NCBI GenBank assembly: GCA_000934665.2
Contig: JYFJ02002416.1
Location: forward strand, 1-57,254
From: Catajapyx aquilonaris
Taxonomy: Eukaryota
Direction: 5' to 3'
DNA: 57,254 nucleotides
Shown: positions 11,557-28,002 of the stretch, piece after piece
Layout of the letters: each line of letters opens with the position of its first letter
Position numbering within the stretch: the stretch's first letter is position 1
Position numbers and translations under genes: made by a program
The notes under the pieces: generated by a model
Told to the model about the DNA's origin: nothing
Database searches by the model: none
The model's input: the letters and a program-made list of their open reading frames with translations, nothing else

Positions 11557-11868
11557 GCGCCAAGTTTGATCCTGACGCCTTGACGTGAGTTTTTCCAGTG
11601 TCTGGCGTGACCATTCACTATTATACATCGATACAGCGTGCAAGGCGGGGCATTAAGATGTGCGAGGTACGCAGCAGTTAGCACAATCATGAAAAAATTA
11701 CATGTCACTTGACTATGATACATCCTAGTATTGTATAGGGTTTTATTTGATTTAATACGACGCGATCATTCACTACAATCATATAAAGCAACACATGTTA
11801 AGACTGGTAGCTGCAGGTTCATAATAATTCCCATTTTGTATTGATCTATTTGTTGGAAAAGGAAGTGT

Positions 11869-12619
11869 TTAGGAACGTGTTTCACAAATGTAGAAGTTTG
11901 GCACAGTGCATGGTAGATCATTCCAGTGATAATACTCCCCCGATCCCATTTCTATACAATGTTCATTGTTATTAGCATTGTCTGGTTGTTGTGGGGCCCA
12001 GTCGAAATGCTGGATAGGCGTGTGGGTAGACACCCAGTACCATTCCCCTTCGTGGCCAAGATCGTATCCACCAATGAAGAACGAGTCCGACGATCTCTCT
12101 GCAAAACCATTAACATTATTGGGAGAGAAAAGTTTCAGCATGAAGTGAAACTGGTGAACCTACCGGCCAGCAGGTAATCCCGGATGAGGTCATTCTCCTC
12201 TTGATTGTCTATCGAGAGGAGGTCGGCACCGATAGACGCACAATACTCTTCGCCTTGATACCAGTTCCCTATAGTGCTTCCATTGCTGAAGTAATACTGT
12301 ACAGTTCCCAGTTTCACAAAATGTGCCTGGAATCCTTCATCAGTTACATCCACTAGAAGTGACCCGAAAGGAAGAATCATTGAAGATCAAGGGTTTTTTC
12401 TCCATGTTACTGATCAGTTGTTGGTTAATATTTTCCCAAGAGTTATAACAACCACCAAATCGTCGACTGATGATATTGGGGGGGGGGGGCGGGGGGGGGG
12501 GCAACACTAAATTGTGCAAATGGTTAAGCCTTGAACGTGCTTGAACTCCTCTTACCTTGAGGTAATCCGGTAGAAATTGCTGACAGAGTAATGAGAACTA
12601 GAGCAGCTGATGTCTTCAT
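11869..12619 (-). CDS. Secreted C-type lectin type D (QPD/WND, galactose-type motif)
   Basis: Exons 12619-12556 (MKTSAALVLITLSAISTGLPQ), 12352-12164 and 12098-11869. Motifs WAPQQPDN, EHC, WNDLPC, YICE. Confidence 0.92.
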
Positions 12620-13168
12620 GATGAACCTGCTGTATACTCCTTCAGAATACTAACCAACAGATTTAAGACTAATTACTTGGATGTGACTGCAGGAAAGCTG
12701 TGTTTGAAGTACAGCATAAACCCCCACATATATAGTGTAATTGTGAGGAAAAAGTTTAACATACTGATTAGCTTACGCTATACCAAGAACACTATCTAGC
12801 ATACTTTAAGTAATGTAGACATAATGATTGTCACTGACCATATGGCAGATCAACGGCTGATATCTTCAGTCAGCCACAACGAAATATGTTCATGCTCATC
12901 CACAGGATGTTACAAAAGCTAGCTCAGATTCACTGTAGTGGAAATACGTGCCGTACTGCTTTCTTATCAACAGGAGGTGACCTTCGGGACACCCTCTAAA
13001 ATGTATTATTTGCTGTATTATAAGTCACGATATTTTCGTTTATCTTTGTATGACTTTTCCCAGAATTCTATCTCCCACGTTGATAAAATACTGAATATGT
13101 TATTTATATAATGATGAATGTAACCGAGACACACCGAAATAGCAAAAGTGATGCAAAGTCAACTGCAG

Positions 13169-13234
13169 TTGTTTGGCGATGATAATTTCCAGGTGCAGCC
13201 ATGGCTGCACCTGGAAATTATCATCGCCAAACAA
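13169..13234. repeat. Perfect 66-bp palindrome (33-bp arms, no spacer)
   Basis: ttgtttggcgatgataatttccaggtgcagcca|tggctgcacctggaaattatcatcgccaaacaa. The paralogous site at ~8055-8090 has only the right arm. Confidence 0.95.
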
Positions 13235-14162
13235 TGGACGGCAGTCATAAGGACAGATCAGATCATTGCTATCATTGAAGTCAGTGTTCCTGCCCAAGTC
13301 TCCTATATAGAGAAATATTTGGAAAGAAAAATAATAATGTTATCCTTTAATGAATAATGCAATCTTGAAACTGCAAATCTTCACATCTCGAAAATTAATC
13401 CATTGTGACTCTGATCTTTATGCATTTCAATTTTCCACTTCTATTCAGACCACTTGCCAATGCAGGGGACCACTAAACCCAGGTCTGGCAGTTGCCTTTT
13501 ACAATATTATTTACCATGAAGCACACGTAACCAAGGCCAACAATCTGGATGGACATAACGTGCATGCGATGGCTCTGTAATGGACAAGAACCACGAGGAG
13601 TCCCTTTAAATAAAATATTGATCAATATGTTAAATTCTCAAGGTCCTTTATATTATAGAGGAAGAGTCAGGCACTTCCAGAGAGCTACAAAATGTAATTA
13701 TCTTTCTACATCTATATTATGTGCCAATTAATTTTTTACAAATTCATCCATTCAGGAATGAACAGTAATTTCCTAACCATTTGTCATCTTACGCTGCATT
13801 TTCTTTACTATATCGTATGTTTCTGACAGTTTACTCCAATATGAACGCGGCTGTTATTAGCTTGACATGAAACCTGCCTATCAGCAGGACATGGTAAGAG
13901 TGAGGGGTGAAGGTGTTCTAAATTAAATCCAGGGGCTCCCGCATAATGACTTCCATTGACTGATGACCTCTACGAACTTGAGGATAACATCAACCTTCTC
14001 CATGGATACTCTGTTGTGGCCCCAGTGTCTACCCCAACAACCAAAACCTGAGCCCATGCTAACGAGAGGAAACATGCACACACTCATCGGCACTGCGGAC
14101 AGCTACGCATCATAACTATACAAAATATTTTAATCGTGTTTTAAGGTACATATTAGGCAAGC

Positions 14163-16615
14163 ATGTATCCTGATTTCATGAGCAGACGGAATTCCTTCCA
14201 TGGAAATTCTACGACGCCTCGTCCTCCGGCGTACAGAGTTAAAATAATCGGTGGAAAGAAAGTGGTAGTATGGACCGAACCAGAGTTAACCAGGTAAGTG
14301 CCCAATAATTATGCAAACTCATTACAGTATCACTTGTATAGCTATCATTCTCCCCAATGATCTGCATTGCGAATCACTCATAAAAGATGAAATCCAATTT
14401 TTTTCGGATAATATGTCACTATTCAAATGAGAAAAATTAATTAATACACACGACATAATTCGTTAGGAAGAAAGCAATGAACTTTGAGCTGATTTCCTAG
14501 AAATTATTGAGAACAATGAATGGCCCTGCATTATACGAACCCTTTCATTCAACCCCCTTAATATATGCCATTGACTTATTGACATTTCTATGCCGCAATT
14601 TTGGTGCCATGTGTGGTTTTTTTATATATATTATCGGATCAGGTCAATAACTCCGGAGCTGACCTGTCATCGCAAAAAAGATTGATACTGATTACGTATC
14701 GACGAGCAGTTGAGCCCTTCTATATACCCACTGTCTATCGAACGGTCACTTATTCCGCACATTCACCGGATGTGTACAGCTCTTCAGGCAAACAGACAGT
14801 TCGATAACGCAAATAGGCAGAGGGTATTGAATAATTTCTCAACCTATATAGACGCATGCTCGCATGAATTGCGTGCCTGGTTTTTAGGCCTTTGGGTATT
14901 GTGTTATTGTGTTGTGCCTTTTATGCGCTCCTCATACGATGATCGCAAACCTAACCGCAAACTTGCTTCACCCAGCTCCAGTTATCTCAGAAGCATGATG
15001 CAGTTGTCCGATCCTACACCGTTAAGGGGCCTCCGAACATCCACAGACAAACGACTGCTCAACGACGTAAGTAGAATACAAGTACCAAAAAGTCACTTGC
15101 ACTGTGAACTTATATGTGATGTTACAGGATTTGGCTTCATCGCAAACGGATCAGCCTCAATTAGGCAGCAAGTACAAGGCACTTCCTCCAATCAAGAGCG
15201 ATGACTCTGAGAGTCCTCAGCATGTGATGGTCAGAGCAGGAAGTTTGGACGAGCTGGCCAAAGTGACCCTGAGGAACGAGGTGCGACATCAGATCGCTGG
15301 GGTGACAGACAGGACCCTAGAGATGCTTCTGATCGACCTTAGGAAGAGGGACAGGGACAGGGATGGATATCTGTCATCACCACAGATACATGGAGTCATC
15401 AAGAGGTTTGAGGTAAGAATATATTTGGGGCAAAATATTGCAAGTGAATTAGTTGGCAAAATTATGCATTAGTGACAATAACTGTGTTATTGTCAGATTC
15501 CTCTGGAGGCTTCTACTGAGCAGACCCTGATGTCCAAGTTCGCCCAGATGGATGTTGCAGGTTTCGTCAACTACGAGAAGCTTCTGAGTTACATCCAGAT
15601 GTGCAAGAAGGAAGCTCCGGTCAGACCAATGTCCGGTACAGCCTCACTTCCTCCGGTCCATTCTCCTCAGCCCAAGGCGGCAGGAAGGCAGATCTCGCTC
15701 ATCCCTAGGTCCTTACATAAGCACGTTTCGTTGTTTTATTAAAAGAGAGCATCGGGCTCTGGATGTGTGTGTGTGTGTGTGTCTAACGTGGATGTAGTCC
15801 AGCCTTTTCCAGCAAGGACGAAGCCCGGCTGACGGTGGACTTGGAGAGAGATTTGGCCAATGACATTTTTGACTTTGAAAAAGTGAGAGACGCCTTCCGA
15901 GCAAAGGACACTGACACCACAGGACTCATTGCTCAGGAAGAGGTACGTCTGACACACTCTGGAGTATAGTGGAAATGCCAGATAGGTGCCAAAAATATTT
16001 TCAAATTAGAAGACCATGCGCACATATAGCCGGAGTCATATGTAAATGAAATTATTTTTTTTGACACTTCAGGCAAGCAGAATCTCTATTTCTAATTTCC
16101 TGGCACAGCATTTGTAAGTTCCACTCTTCTTATTAACGTATGACAATGGTTGTTGGTTATGGGTACAAAGTAATACAATAAGCTGTCAGTCCATATGATG
16201 ATTGATTGCGATAATATTTGGATTATGGGGCAATATGCTGTATCGAGCGGTACTTCATATATGCACATGGGGAGTGGACAAAGGTCAATTACTCGTGACG
16301 CACACATCTTCAGTAGAAATAAGTATAACAAAAAATATTCAACTATTTCCCCAGGTAGAGCAAGTCCTGCAAAACGTGGGGCTGAACATGTCCCAAAATG
16401 TGCTTAATCGATGGCTGAACGCTTCAGACGCAGAAGGTAGAGGGAAATACTCAATCGAGAGGTTGCTCTACTACCTGGAGAGGGTTCAGCCAGAAGTGGG
16501 GCAGCTCTTGAGAGGGGCGCCCATGAAGGGGGCCATGATGACCTTCTTCTTTGCCCAGCCAGCCAACAACAACAACAATGACAAGCAGGACGAGCCTGAC
16601 CAGCCTGAAAAATAA
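14163..16615 (+). CDS. C1orf87: C1orf87-like EF-hand domain protein
   Basis: Proposed exons 14163(or 14178)-14293, 14976-15066, 15128-15412, 15497-~15708, ~15798-15942 and ~16355-16615, with consistent phases. Motifs VKIIGGK and VNYEKLL and EF-hand-like loops DRDRDGYLS and DTDTTGLIA match my recollection of vertebrate C1orf87 (VKIIGSK, VNYEKLL). The exon 4 donor is weak. Confidence 0.72.
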
Positions 16616-17145
16616 AACCTGTTCAATACCTCACATGCACAAGTGTACAAGACTGACATTTTTTGCACTTTTCTTTTTGATGCAAATAAAGTTTGCGGTG
16701 CAGTATGTCTTTATATTGGCAATTTTTGTGACAATCTTCATTATGCAGAACCATAAGAGTCGACAGGAACTACGGGTTCATTCTGGTAAGATCTTTCGCA
16801 TGAGTGCTGCTGCACTCAGATTCATCCGATTCCTCCAATCACTGATTATAAGTGCAAAAACGCAAGTCACAATCAAATTACGTTGGTAGTCCACACTCTC
16901 GCCATATGTTATCACCAGGTTGACTGCTCGAATAGTTGTATGTAATGCAGTACAACTACTTGAACGAAAATCTTATCTGTCGCCCTACTTGAAACCCTAG
17001 CAAGAGAAAAAGGAATCTAAATCTAAAATCACGTCAAGATTAGCAATACGTGTAACATGTACGTAAAATCAGATAAAATATCGACTGGTATATATTCTCA
17101 CGTCGTAGGATGGCACGTCCTCAATCCCCATCCCAGTCAGCCAAC

Positions 17146-17790
17146 ATGAAGCTTGCTTTGTATTTTGGAGTGCTCTTCGCAGCCGTTTCACTTCCAGCAG
17201 CCTTCACTCTTCCAGCAGCCTTCGCTCAAGGTAAGCACGTTGTCTGCATATAAATGTAGTTGCCATACAAATGATTTCTCTGCTAATTCCTAGAAGACTG
17301 CAAAGCACCTTTTGTGAAGCTGCAAACAGGATGCTACTACTTCAGCGCTGACCAGGTGGACAACTGGTGGGAGGCTGCCGAATCCTGCAGGGCAGTTGGC
17401 GGAGTCCTTCTCACCGTCAGTGACACTCAGCAGAGTGAAGAGCTTCGACAATACCTGCTCAAAAGTAAGGATCAGTAACCACCAGCCAATGTAACAAAAA
17501 TCATGCCAAGTTCGCAGTTTGGTAACGTCACTTTTCAATTTCCAGACAAGCCTATGAGCAACAACTACATCGGAGGGTACGACCAGGGCCATGAAGGGAA
17601 GTGGTATTGGGAGTCCACATTGGCCCCAATCGACTCCTTTTTTGATTGGTTCCCTGGTATGCCTGATGGCAAGGAAGTGCAGAATTGCATGACCCTGTCC
17701 GTGAAGTATGAATTCCACTGGGACGATGACTACTGCGACAATTCCCACGGAAAGCACGACTTCATTTGTCAACCCCTTGCAATGCACTGA
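17146..17790 (+). CDS. Secreted C-type lectin type E (non-canonical MPD motif)
   Basis: TATATA at ~17089. Exons 17146-17230, 17294-17464 and 17546-17790, with the same intron positions and phases as the cluster genes. Motifs GCYYF, YIGGYD, WFPGMPDG, QNC, WDDDYC, FICQ. AATAAA at 17881. Confidence 0.92.
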
Positions 17791-18081
17791 TGCATATCTC
17801 ACGTCTTGAAATGTACGACCCGTCAGGACCAGCACTCCACCACACACATTCATGTCAAAAAAAAACCAACATTTTGATAAAATAAACAGCAGCTTCTATA
17901 CATCAACTTATGTGTCAATAACCTACTAATCAACTTCATGGGAAATTATCCTTGAAAGTGTAATGAACGATAATTATTAACTTGAAAAGTGTTTATTTTC
18001 ATGAAAAATTAATCAAAACAGTTGGGACATATTTTTAAAATGAACACATCTTTGTATCAGTAACGTGATCGAGAAGTTTGC

Positions 18082-21000
18082 TCAAAAGCACTTGGCCTTC
18101 TTCTTTGCACTGATCATGTCATCAGACACTTTCGACAATACGGAAAAGTAATGCTTCAACTTCTGGGACAATTCCACATGCAACTGAAATGTAAAACAAA
18201 CACCATATTAGTAACCTATATTCATAAATCAATTAGATGATATGAGATTCTGGTTGCGGCTTGAGCAAACCTCTTTGAAAACTTGTTGTGTGGCATCACG
18301 TAGTTCAAGAAGCAGCTGATCAATAGCGTGGTAAGGTAGCCACACTGGAGGTGCGTTTGCCTGAAGAGTGTGTGAAAGGCCAAACTTCTCTTTTCTGTCT
18401 TCTCCCAAAATGGCGTCAATGTAGCTCATTACAAGGTTGGCAGCATCCTCCAACACGCCATAGTCAAGGTACACTCGAAGCAGCTCAGCAGCATTCCGTT
18501 TCTGCAAATTTCAATGCAAAAGGTTCATACGCCTGCCTTCGCATAAAAGAGTGATCGCTTACCCTATACGAAACGACGAGCCACTGAGGAAGAAAGGCAC
18601 CCATCGAGAGCAGCTTCTTGGCAATGCCTTTGTGCAAGTTGCTCTTCTTCGCCTCCTCCAGGTGTTCCAGGTGGTACCTCAGCATCCCCCAGGCCTGCTC
18701 GACGGGGGATGCAGAATTAACTCCAACCACCGAAATGTTCTCTCTGTTATTCTCCGCCAGCCACTCCCAGGCCTCGTTATTACTGCCCCCATCCCCACCT
18801 GGCGAGACCTGCAGGCTCATCCGCACACACGTTCCAGCAAGCCCTTCTATCACAGGCTGAACGCTCAACCCAAAACGACGGCATAGCCTAAGGGCATGGT
18901 CGTACAGGTGGGCATTTGTTAGCAGAGCGCAAGTGTCCACTGCACTCAAGGGTGAGCCTGGAAATTACAAACGAGGAAAAATTTGTTGAAGTAATATAAC
19001 CTTTGCTTACATAGACTTTTCTCATTATTTCTCCAACACACCTGTCAGCAGAGACGCATCCCCACTTTTTCGGACAAGCTCCAGCCTGGCGTACACTAGT
19101 TCGTGTTCTTTCCTGAGGTCGTCCAAGTCGACCACCTCCACCTGATTCTGCGCTGGTGCTATTGGTATCTGAAAGTTAAAGTCGGGAATGCAATCACTGT
19201 GAATATATTAAACAGTACACTGCCTTACCTCTTCCCCATCAAATGTATTTCCTGGAATGACCTGCTCTCCTTGCTGTTTGTCTAAATCCAAAGTGACGGA
19301 CGGAAGTGGTTTGACAATCCACCAGTACTTCTGATCCACTAGCTGCAGCACATTGATGCAACACAAGTAACAAAATGATTGCTTCTCCAAAGAGGAAAGT
19401 CCAGAGCACTCCCTTCCCAAGCGGATGATCTGCTCATACATCACGGTTGCGGCTATCGGAAGATACATTTGAGGTCCTCACAATTAGCCACGAAGAAAAT
19501 ATGTAGCTTTTTAAAACTTCCAAATCACTTGTGTACTTCCAAGAGGATTGCTTGTTTCTGACGCTATCGTTTGTAGAACGATATAAAATTATTCACAATT
19601 TGTAAAATGCCTTACCTTTCCTCATATTTCCCTTCTTGATGTGGAATGCGTAAAGAAAGTCATAATAGTTGGTGGTTGCAAGATCAGATGACCTTGCCCT
19701 GGACTCGAAGATCGATTCTACTTCTTCACTGAGGTGGTCGAATGGGAAAGACATGAGAGTCTCCAGCTCACACTCCTCAAACATGGTTATGATGAACTCC
19801 CTCAGGCAGTCCTTGCGGCGAATTGCGTCTGGGTTCGACAGCATGGCATCATACGCTTCTGAGAAGTGACCCAAACGCAGGTGGCTCTTGAAACAGATCG
19901 ACCAAAGTGTTGCCTGCAGTTCAAAAGGAAAGGCTTTAGCATATTTCAAAAACACTATACTGCAAATTACCCGAAGTATGAACTCACCATATCAGGAGAA
20001 TCCCGGTTTCCAGCATCAATAGCCAAAGACGCAAGCTCTATAACACACTCAGAGTGCCCGAACTGCTCAAAGAGTTGGATCACCTGCGCAACAAGCATGT
20101 GCATTAAAATAACTGTCCAATTTACACTAACGATCCAGTAATTTACCTTGAGATAATACTGAACCGTGGCCTGATTGCCGTCCCATTCTGCATCATCCGA
20201 GACAGGGAACTGCACCCTGCTGGCCAGAAACTCATCCAGCATCAGGCCGTCACTCGCTCGCACCAGCCAATCAAGTGCCTTTTCCGGCTCACCCATGTTC
20301 AGGAGAGCATAACCCAGCAGGAATTTTCCTACGAAAAAATTTGCAATAAATACTACTCCTCAAAGTAATACCACAAAAAACTTACGTGAACAGCTGTTCC
20401 ACTCACACCACCCTTCCAGCAACCGTACATACTCTTGAATCTGCTGGTACTGGCAGGCAGTCAAGAGGAATTGCGGGAATACGAAGCCTCTGTACATGGG
20501 CCAACTGGAAAAGAAGCCAGGATAAATCACCATCCTTACGTAATAAAAGCGAATGACTTACATGAGTCCAGCTGCAGCAATGCCAAACTGCACGAAGGTG
20601 AGGTGGCAGTTGGACAAAGCCTCCTCGCTCCACTGGAAGCGTTGAGCAAGACGGAGACGCACGTGAGACCCACCTTCCGACTGCAGGAACATTTCTACCA
20701 CACCGCAGGGTCGAGAGGCCAGCAATAGGGACGGGGAGTGACGAACCTTACCCACAATTGGATCAATTTCACCTGACTCGGGAGGACACATCACTGACAA
20801 CTGGCGGGCACTCACTTCACTGCAATCAGAGCAAGAAAATTACCATGGAGAAGTCAGCATCTAATAACCAAACTCACAGAGACGCAGGAGACACATCAGA
20901 CGCCAGCAAGTTGGTGAGAAAGCACAGGGTAAAATACCCTTGAGTGAGCATGGCCGTGTCTGCGATATATCCTCGGTTGACTGTACTTCTTGAAAGGCTC

Positions 21001-24000
21001 CTCTGGAGAGACAGCTGCTGGAGAATGAGCAGGTTCTGGCAGATGCTCATTCGGGTGTTGGCCAGCTGGCGGAGGGAACGACTGGCCAGGGACACACCCA
21101 AGGAACCACTCAGCAGGTGGCTTATCATTATCAACTCATTCTTGGAAGGTTCTGTAGAGAAAGGAAATCAGAGGAATCAGTTGCTCTCCACAATAGAGCA
21201 AGTCACGTTCCATGACAGCTTTTCTCTGTACATATCAATGCATGAACTTACCATCTTGTGCCATGCTGTCCCGTTGCAATGAATCCAGACTCAAGGCACT
21301 CAGCAAAACACTCAATGCCTTTGGGTAGTCCTCCATGTTCTGGGTCTTCCTCCGAATCGCATCCAAGAAGGTTCCATGCAAACGCTGAAAAAAAAAAACA
21401 CCAGATCTAATTACACGTACGATTTCACTCCACTAAAAAATTTAATACAATTGAGAATGTTTCCCACCGCTTCTTCTTCATCCTCATCGTCATCGTCCTC
21501 GTACAACACCCTGCCTGTGTGAATGTTGAGGGATCTTGCAACCTCCTTTGCAACTTCTTCAGCTGGCCTCAGTTGCAGCAGGCTGTGTCTAAACCCTTCC
21601 TGAACTTCTTCGGGGACATGCTGACCAACAGTACACACAGTAGACATCAGCTGCAAGACATCCTCCATGGCACTAGGGTCTGCAACAAATCACAATTTAA
21701 TACGTTCATATGCACGAGAATATTCCCACTCCGTTTTTGTTTGTTACAGGCAAATATAAGTTTGCGACAAATACCTTCACAGTGGATGGGTGTGGAATGG
21801 AGTTCTTCTGGCCTCCACGAAAGAGAGTCAGTGAGCCAGAGGTATTCAAGAACATCCATAGGCCTGAGAAATGACACCACACTCTTCCGTATCAAGCAGG
21901 TCAGACCATTTGAAGAGTCCACCATCAGGCCCATCGGTTTCAGACCAGTCTAAGTAGATATCGGAATAAAACAAACATTATAGCAATACCATACACTTGT
22001 TCGTAAAGAAAACAACTTTTCATACGGTGCAATTATGTATAATGTACAGTCTGCCATCACCACGTACCAGATGATATTCCACACATCGAGAGTAAAATCT
22101 GGCCCAGCATTTCAGAACAAGATCAACATATTCCTCATCACTGAGCTCGTAATCAGCAGCCTCTCTTCGCACTTCGGCTTCAACAGCAGAACAAACGCTA
22201 CTCCTCAGCACCTCCATCGAGAAGACAGTCTCTCCAGTCAGGCCACCCACAGAACGCCGGTAAATCTGGAATAATAACAGTCATTGCAATATTAAGCATT
22301 AGCTGCATCCCCGGTTGAGACAATGTTTGAATGCCTTACGTTGAATGCCTTGGAGATGGTTTGCGTTGAGAAGGCACCACTCTTGAAGACAAGGTCCATG
22401 TAGAACTGCGCAGGGTCCATAGACTGGTCTGGGAGGATGGGGTCCCTGGGTGGGGGATCTTCCAGGATGACCTTTCTCCAGTCAGCCCCTCCAACACTTC
22501 CAGGGTACAGGCTCGTGTAACTCAGGTGGGGCTGGGTACTTGAACCAGTCCACAGGGCCCACAAATGGCTGCCAGTCAACACAAAGTCCATCAAGTCGCT
22601 CTGTAAAAAAATTGTTAAGTGATATTTTCACTGATTTGTGGCAAAAATTAACTTACCTCTTCAGACAAAACTGTGACCAAGTGATGCATCTGTTGCATCC
22701 CGTCCCCAAATCTGCATTGGTACACGCTGAATTGCCTGTGCGACGGAAATGCCATGAAAGTGGCCAGAAGGGTACGTCCCTCCTTGTCCTGTGCTTTTCT
22801 CAGCAAGTGGTGTTGAGCCAGAGCTAAGGACGAGACAGACTCGGACTGTTGCTGATGCCGTCTTGTTGTAGTCGTTTGCTGTCTTGATGCATCGACTACC
22901 TCGAGGCACTCGGCCTGTCTGTACGACCACAAGCAGAGCTGGTTGTTGCGACACAGGGCTACCAAGTATATTTCACCTTCGCTTATCATCCCAGTCTTGC
23001 TCCTGCGGCTCTGGCACTGAACCACTTGCATGCTGGCCGGGTAATCCAGGGATTCACCTCCTACACCCCTACAAACATAAATGACTCGTTATGATCAGTT
23101 TCAGTGAGCAATTCGCCAGTTCATGAACAGCGTACCGGAGAACACCTGACATCCACCCACTCCAGAGTCTGTTCACCAAGGAGGATTTCTTCAGCATCTT
23201 CACTTCAGTCGACTCAGCAGACGCACCCAATTTAACAACTTGGATAAGGCCATCCTCAAAGGCCAAAGCAAATAGAGCCTCACGATCGGAGATCAAAGTG
23301 CATGTGGCAGTATGCGGAGCCGGAATGTCTGTAAACGTAATTTGAGTATATTACATGCATACATGTCCATCCACAGTACTTACTAGGCGAGATATTGTTG
23401 AGGACATGAAAATGCGCAGGGTCTCTCGCTAGAGCAATGGAGGCATCGGCGAATATGGACGAAAGGGTCAAGTTCGGCATGTGCATCACCGCAAGTTCCT
23501 GTAATGTTAGGAATTAGCCGCCACCGCCCCACCAGGTACAGGAAAATGTATAGACCTGTCTGTGAATCCGATTGGGATGCGGAAAGACAAGCCTGTGCAC
23601 ACTGCAAACGGTCGGAACCATGACGACCACCTGAGCTTCAGTCTCCTCCACAACCACCCCGCTCAAAATAGGCGCATCCTGGAACTGGTAGCGTACACGG
23701 TGGCCGGACAGGTTGTAATCCAAGCTGTGTTCCGTCAACTCCAGCACATCCTGCGTCACTTGCCTGGAAAATAAACCCCCCGTCGCAGTTAATCCCCGCT
23801 TCTTGAGGGTGCCGCCGTCCACACGATGCAACTCACCAGTAGATAAACCTGTTCCGGAGGTACAGCTTCGTCGTGTCCTTGTAGCAGTAGCCCCCTGCAG
23901 TCTCCGGAAGCTTGATCCCCTGAAGCGTACTCTGCGTTCCACCTGGATATGGGCATAGGTTCAGAACAAAATTTTTGCAGTCCCCTAAACTCCTCAACTC

Positions 24001-24114
24001 CTTACCAATATTGAGCGTAAAGTCCTTCCATTTTTCCGACGCCTGATCGGGCACAACTTCTCTGAAGCCCAATGGAAAGAAATCCTTCCCATCTTTTCCT
24101 CCAACACGCGCCAT
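18082..24114 (-). CDS. NUP160: Nuclear pore complex protein Nup160 (22 exons)
   Basis: Exons chain in phase with GT-AG introns from MARVGGK...FREVVP (24114) to TGA (18082-18084). Motifs RNRFIYW, SVHRLVFPHP, RRKDCLREF, RARSSDL...YYDFLYAFH, LPQWLVVSY, AELLRVYLDYG, VWLPYHAIDQLL. Confidence 0.95.
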
Positions 24115-27384
<3,270 letters not shown>

Positions 27385-28002
27385 TTTTTGAAGATTCAAG
27401 TATTATTGCTTGGAGACAGTCTACTTTATATACAAGATGCATGGAAATTAATAAAGTATTTTGAACATACATGAGGCAATTCGTTTAATCAGAGGGGGAC
27501 CAAAAAAAAACACAAAATTTTTATCTGGGGACATTCACATCAGTATTGTACAACACTCAGGACAATTTCTAGGTACCAGTACTTGTGTTTATCTGTGAAA
27601 AATAAGCTTCTATACTGGAAGAAAAATAATCATTTACAACAATACACAGTATGTCACTCTCTGAGTAGCAAGAATATCTAGTGAACAGACTCAAAAAATG
27701 TTGGGAAAACAAGCCAACGTTTTTTTCCGCACAAGCTATATGCAACACAGACTTGGAAGCCTTGTTCTTTTTCTTTTTTTTAATGTACAGCTGAACTCAA
27801 TTCCGCATAAAGGAAAAATACACATAGCCAAGAAATCTATGTAGCCAACGAGGCCTACAACATTTTTGCTTATCCTCTCTTCTCTTACAGTAATGGGAAT
27901 TCGCAGAGGGGTTTGCTATCATCCAAATGTCCTTCTATTTCGCACCCCCTTGTAAAGAACACATTGAGTCTCCTCTTCCTTCTTTTGTGCTTCACATGCC
28001 AT

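Noticed and set aside
13100..13357. Two opposite-strand ORFs sharing the peptide LFGDDNFQVQPWLHLEIIIAKQ
   Set aside because: An automatic consequence of the perfect palindrome, with no evidence of coding.
19455..19615. Longer NUP160 intron as a snoRNA host
   Set aside because: No convincing C/D boxes or two-hairpin H/ACA structure visible.
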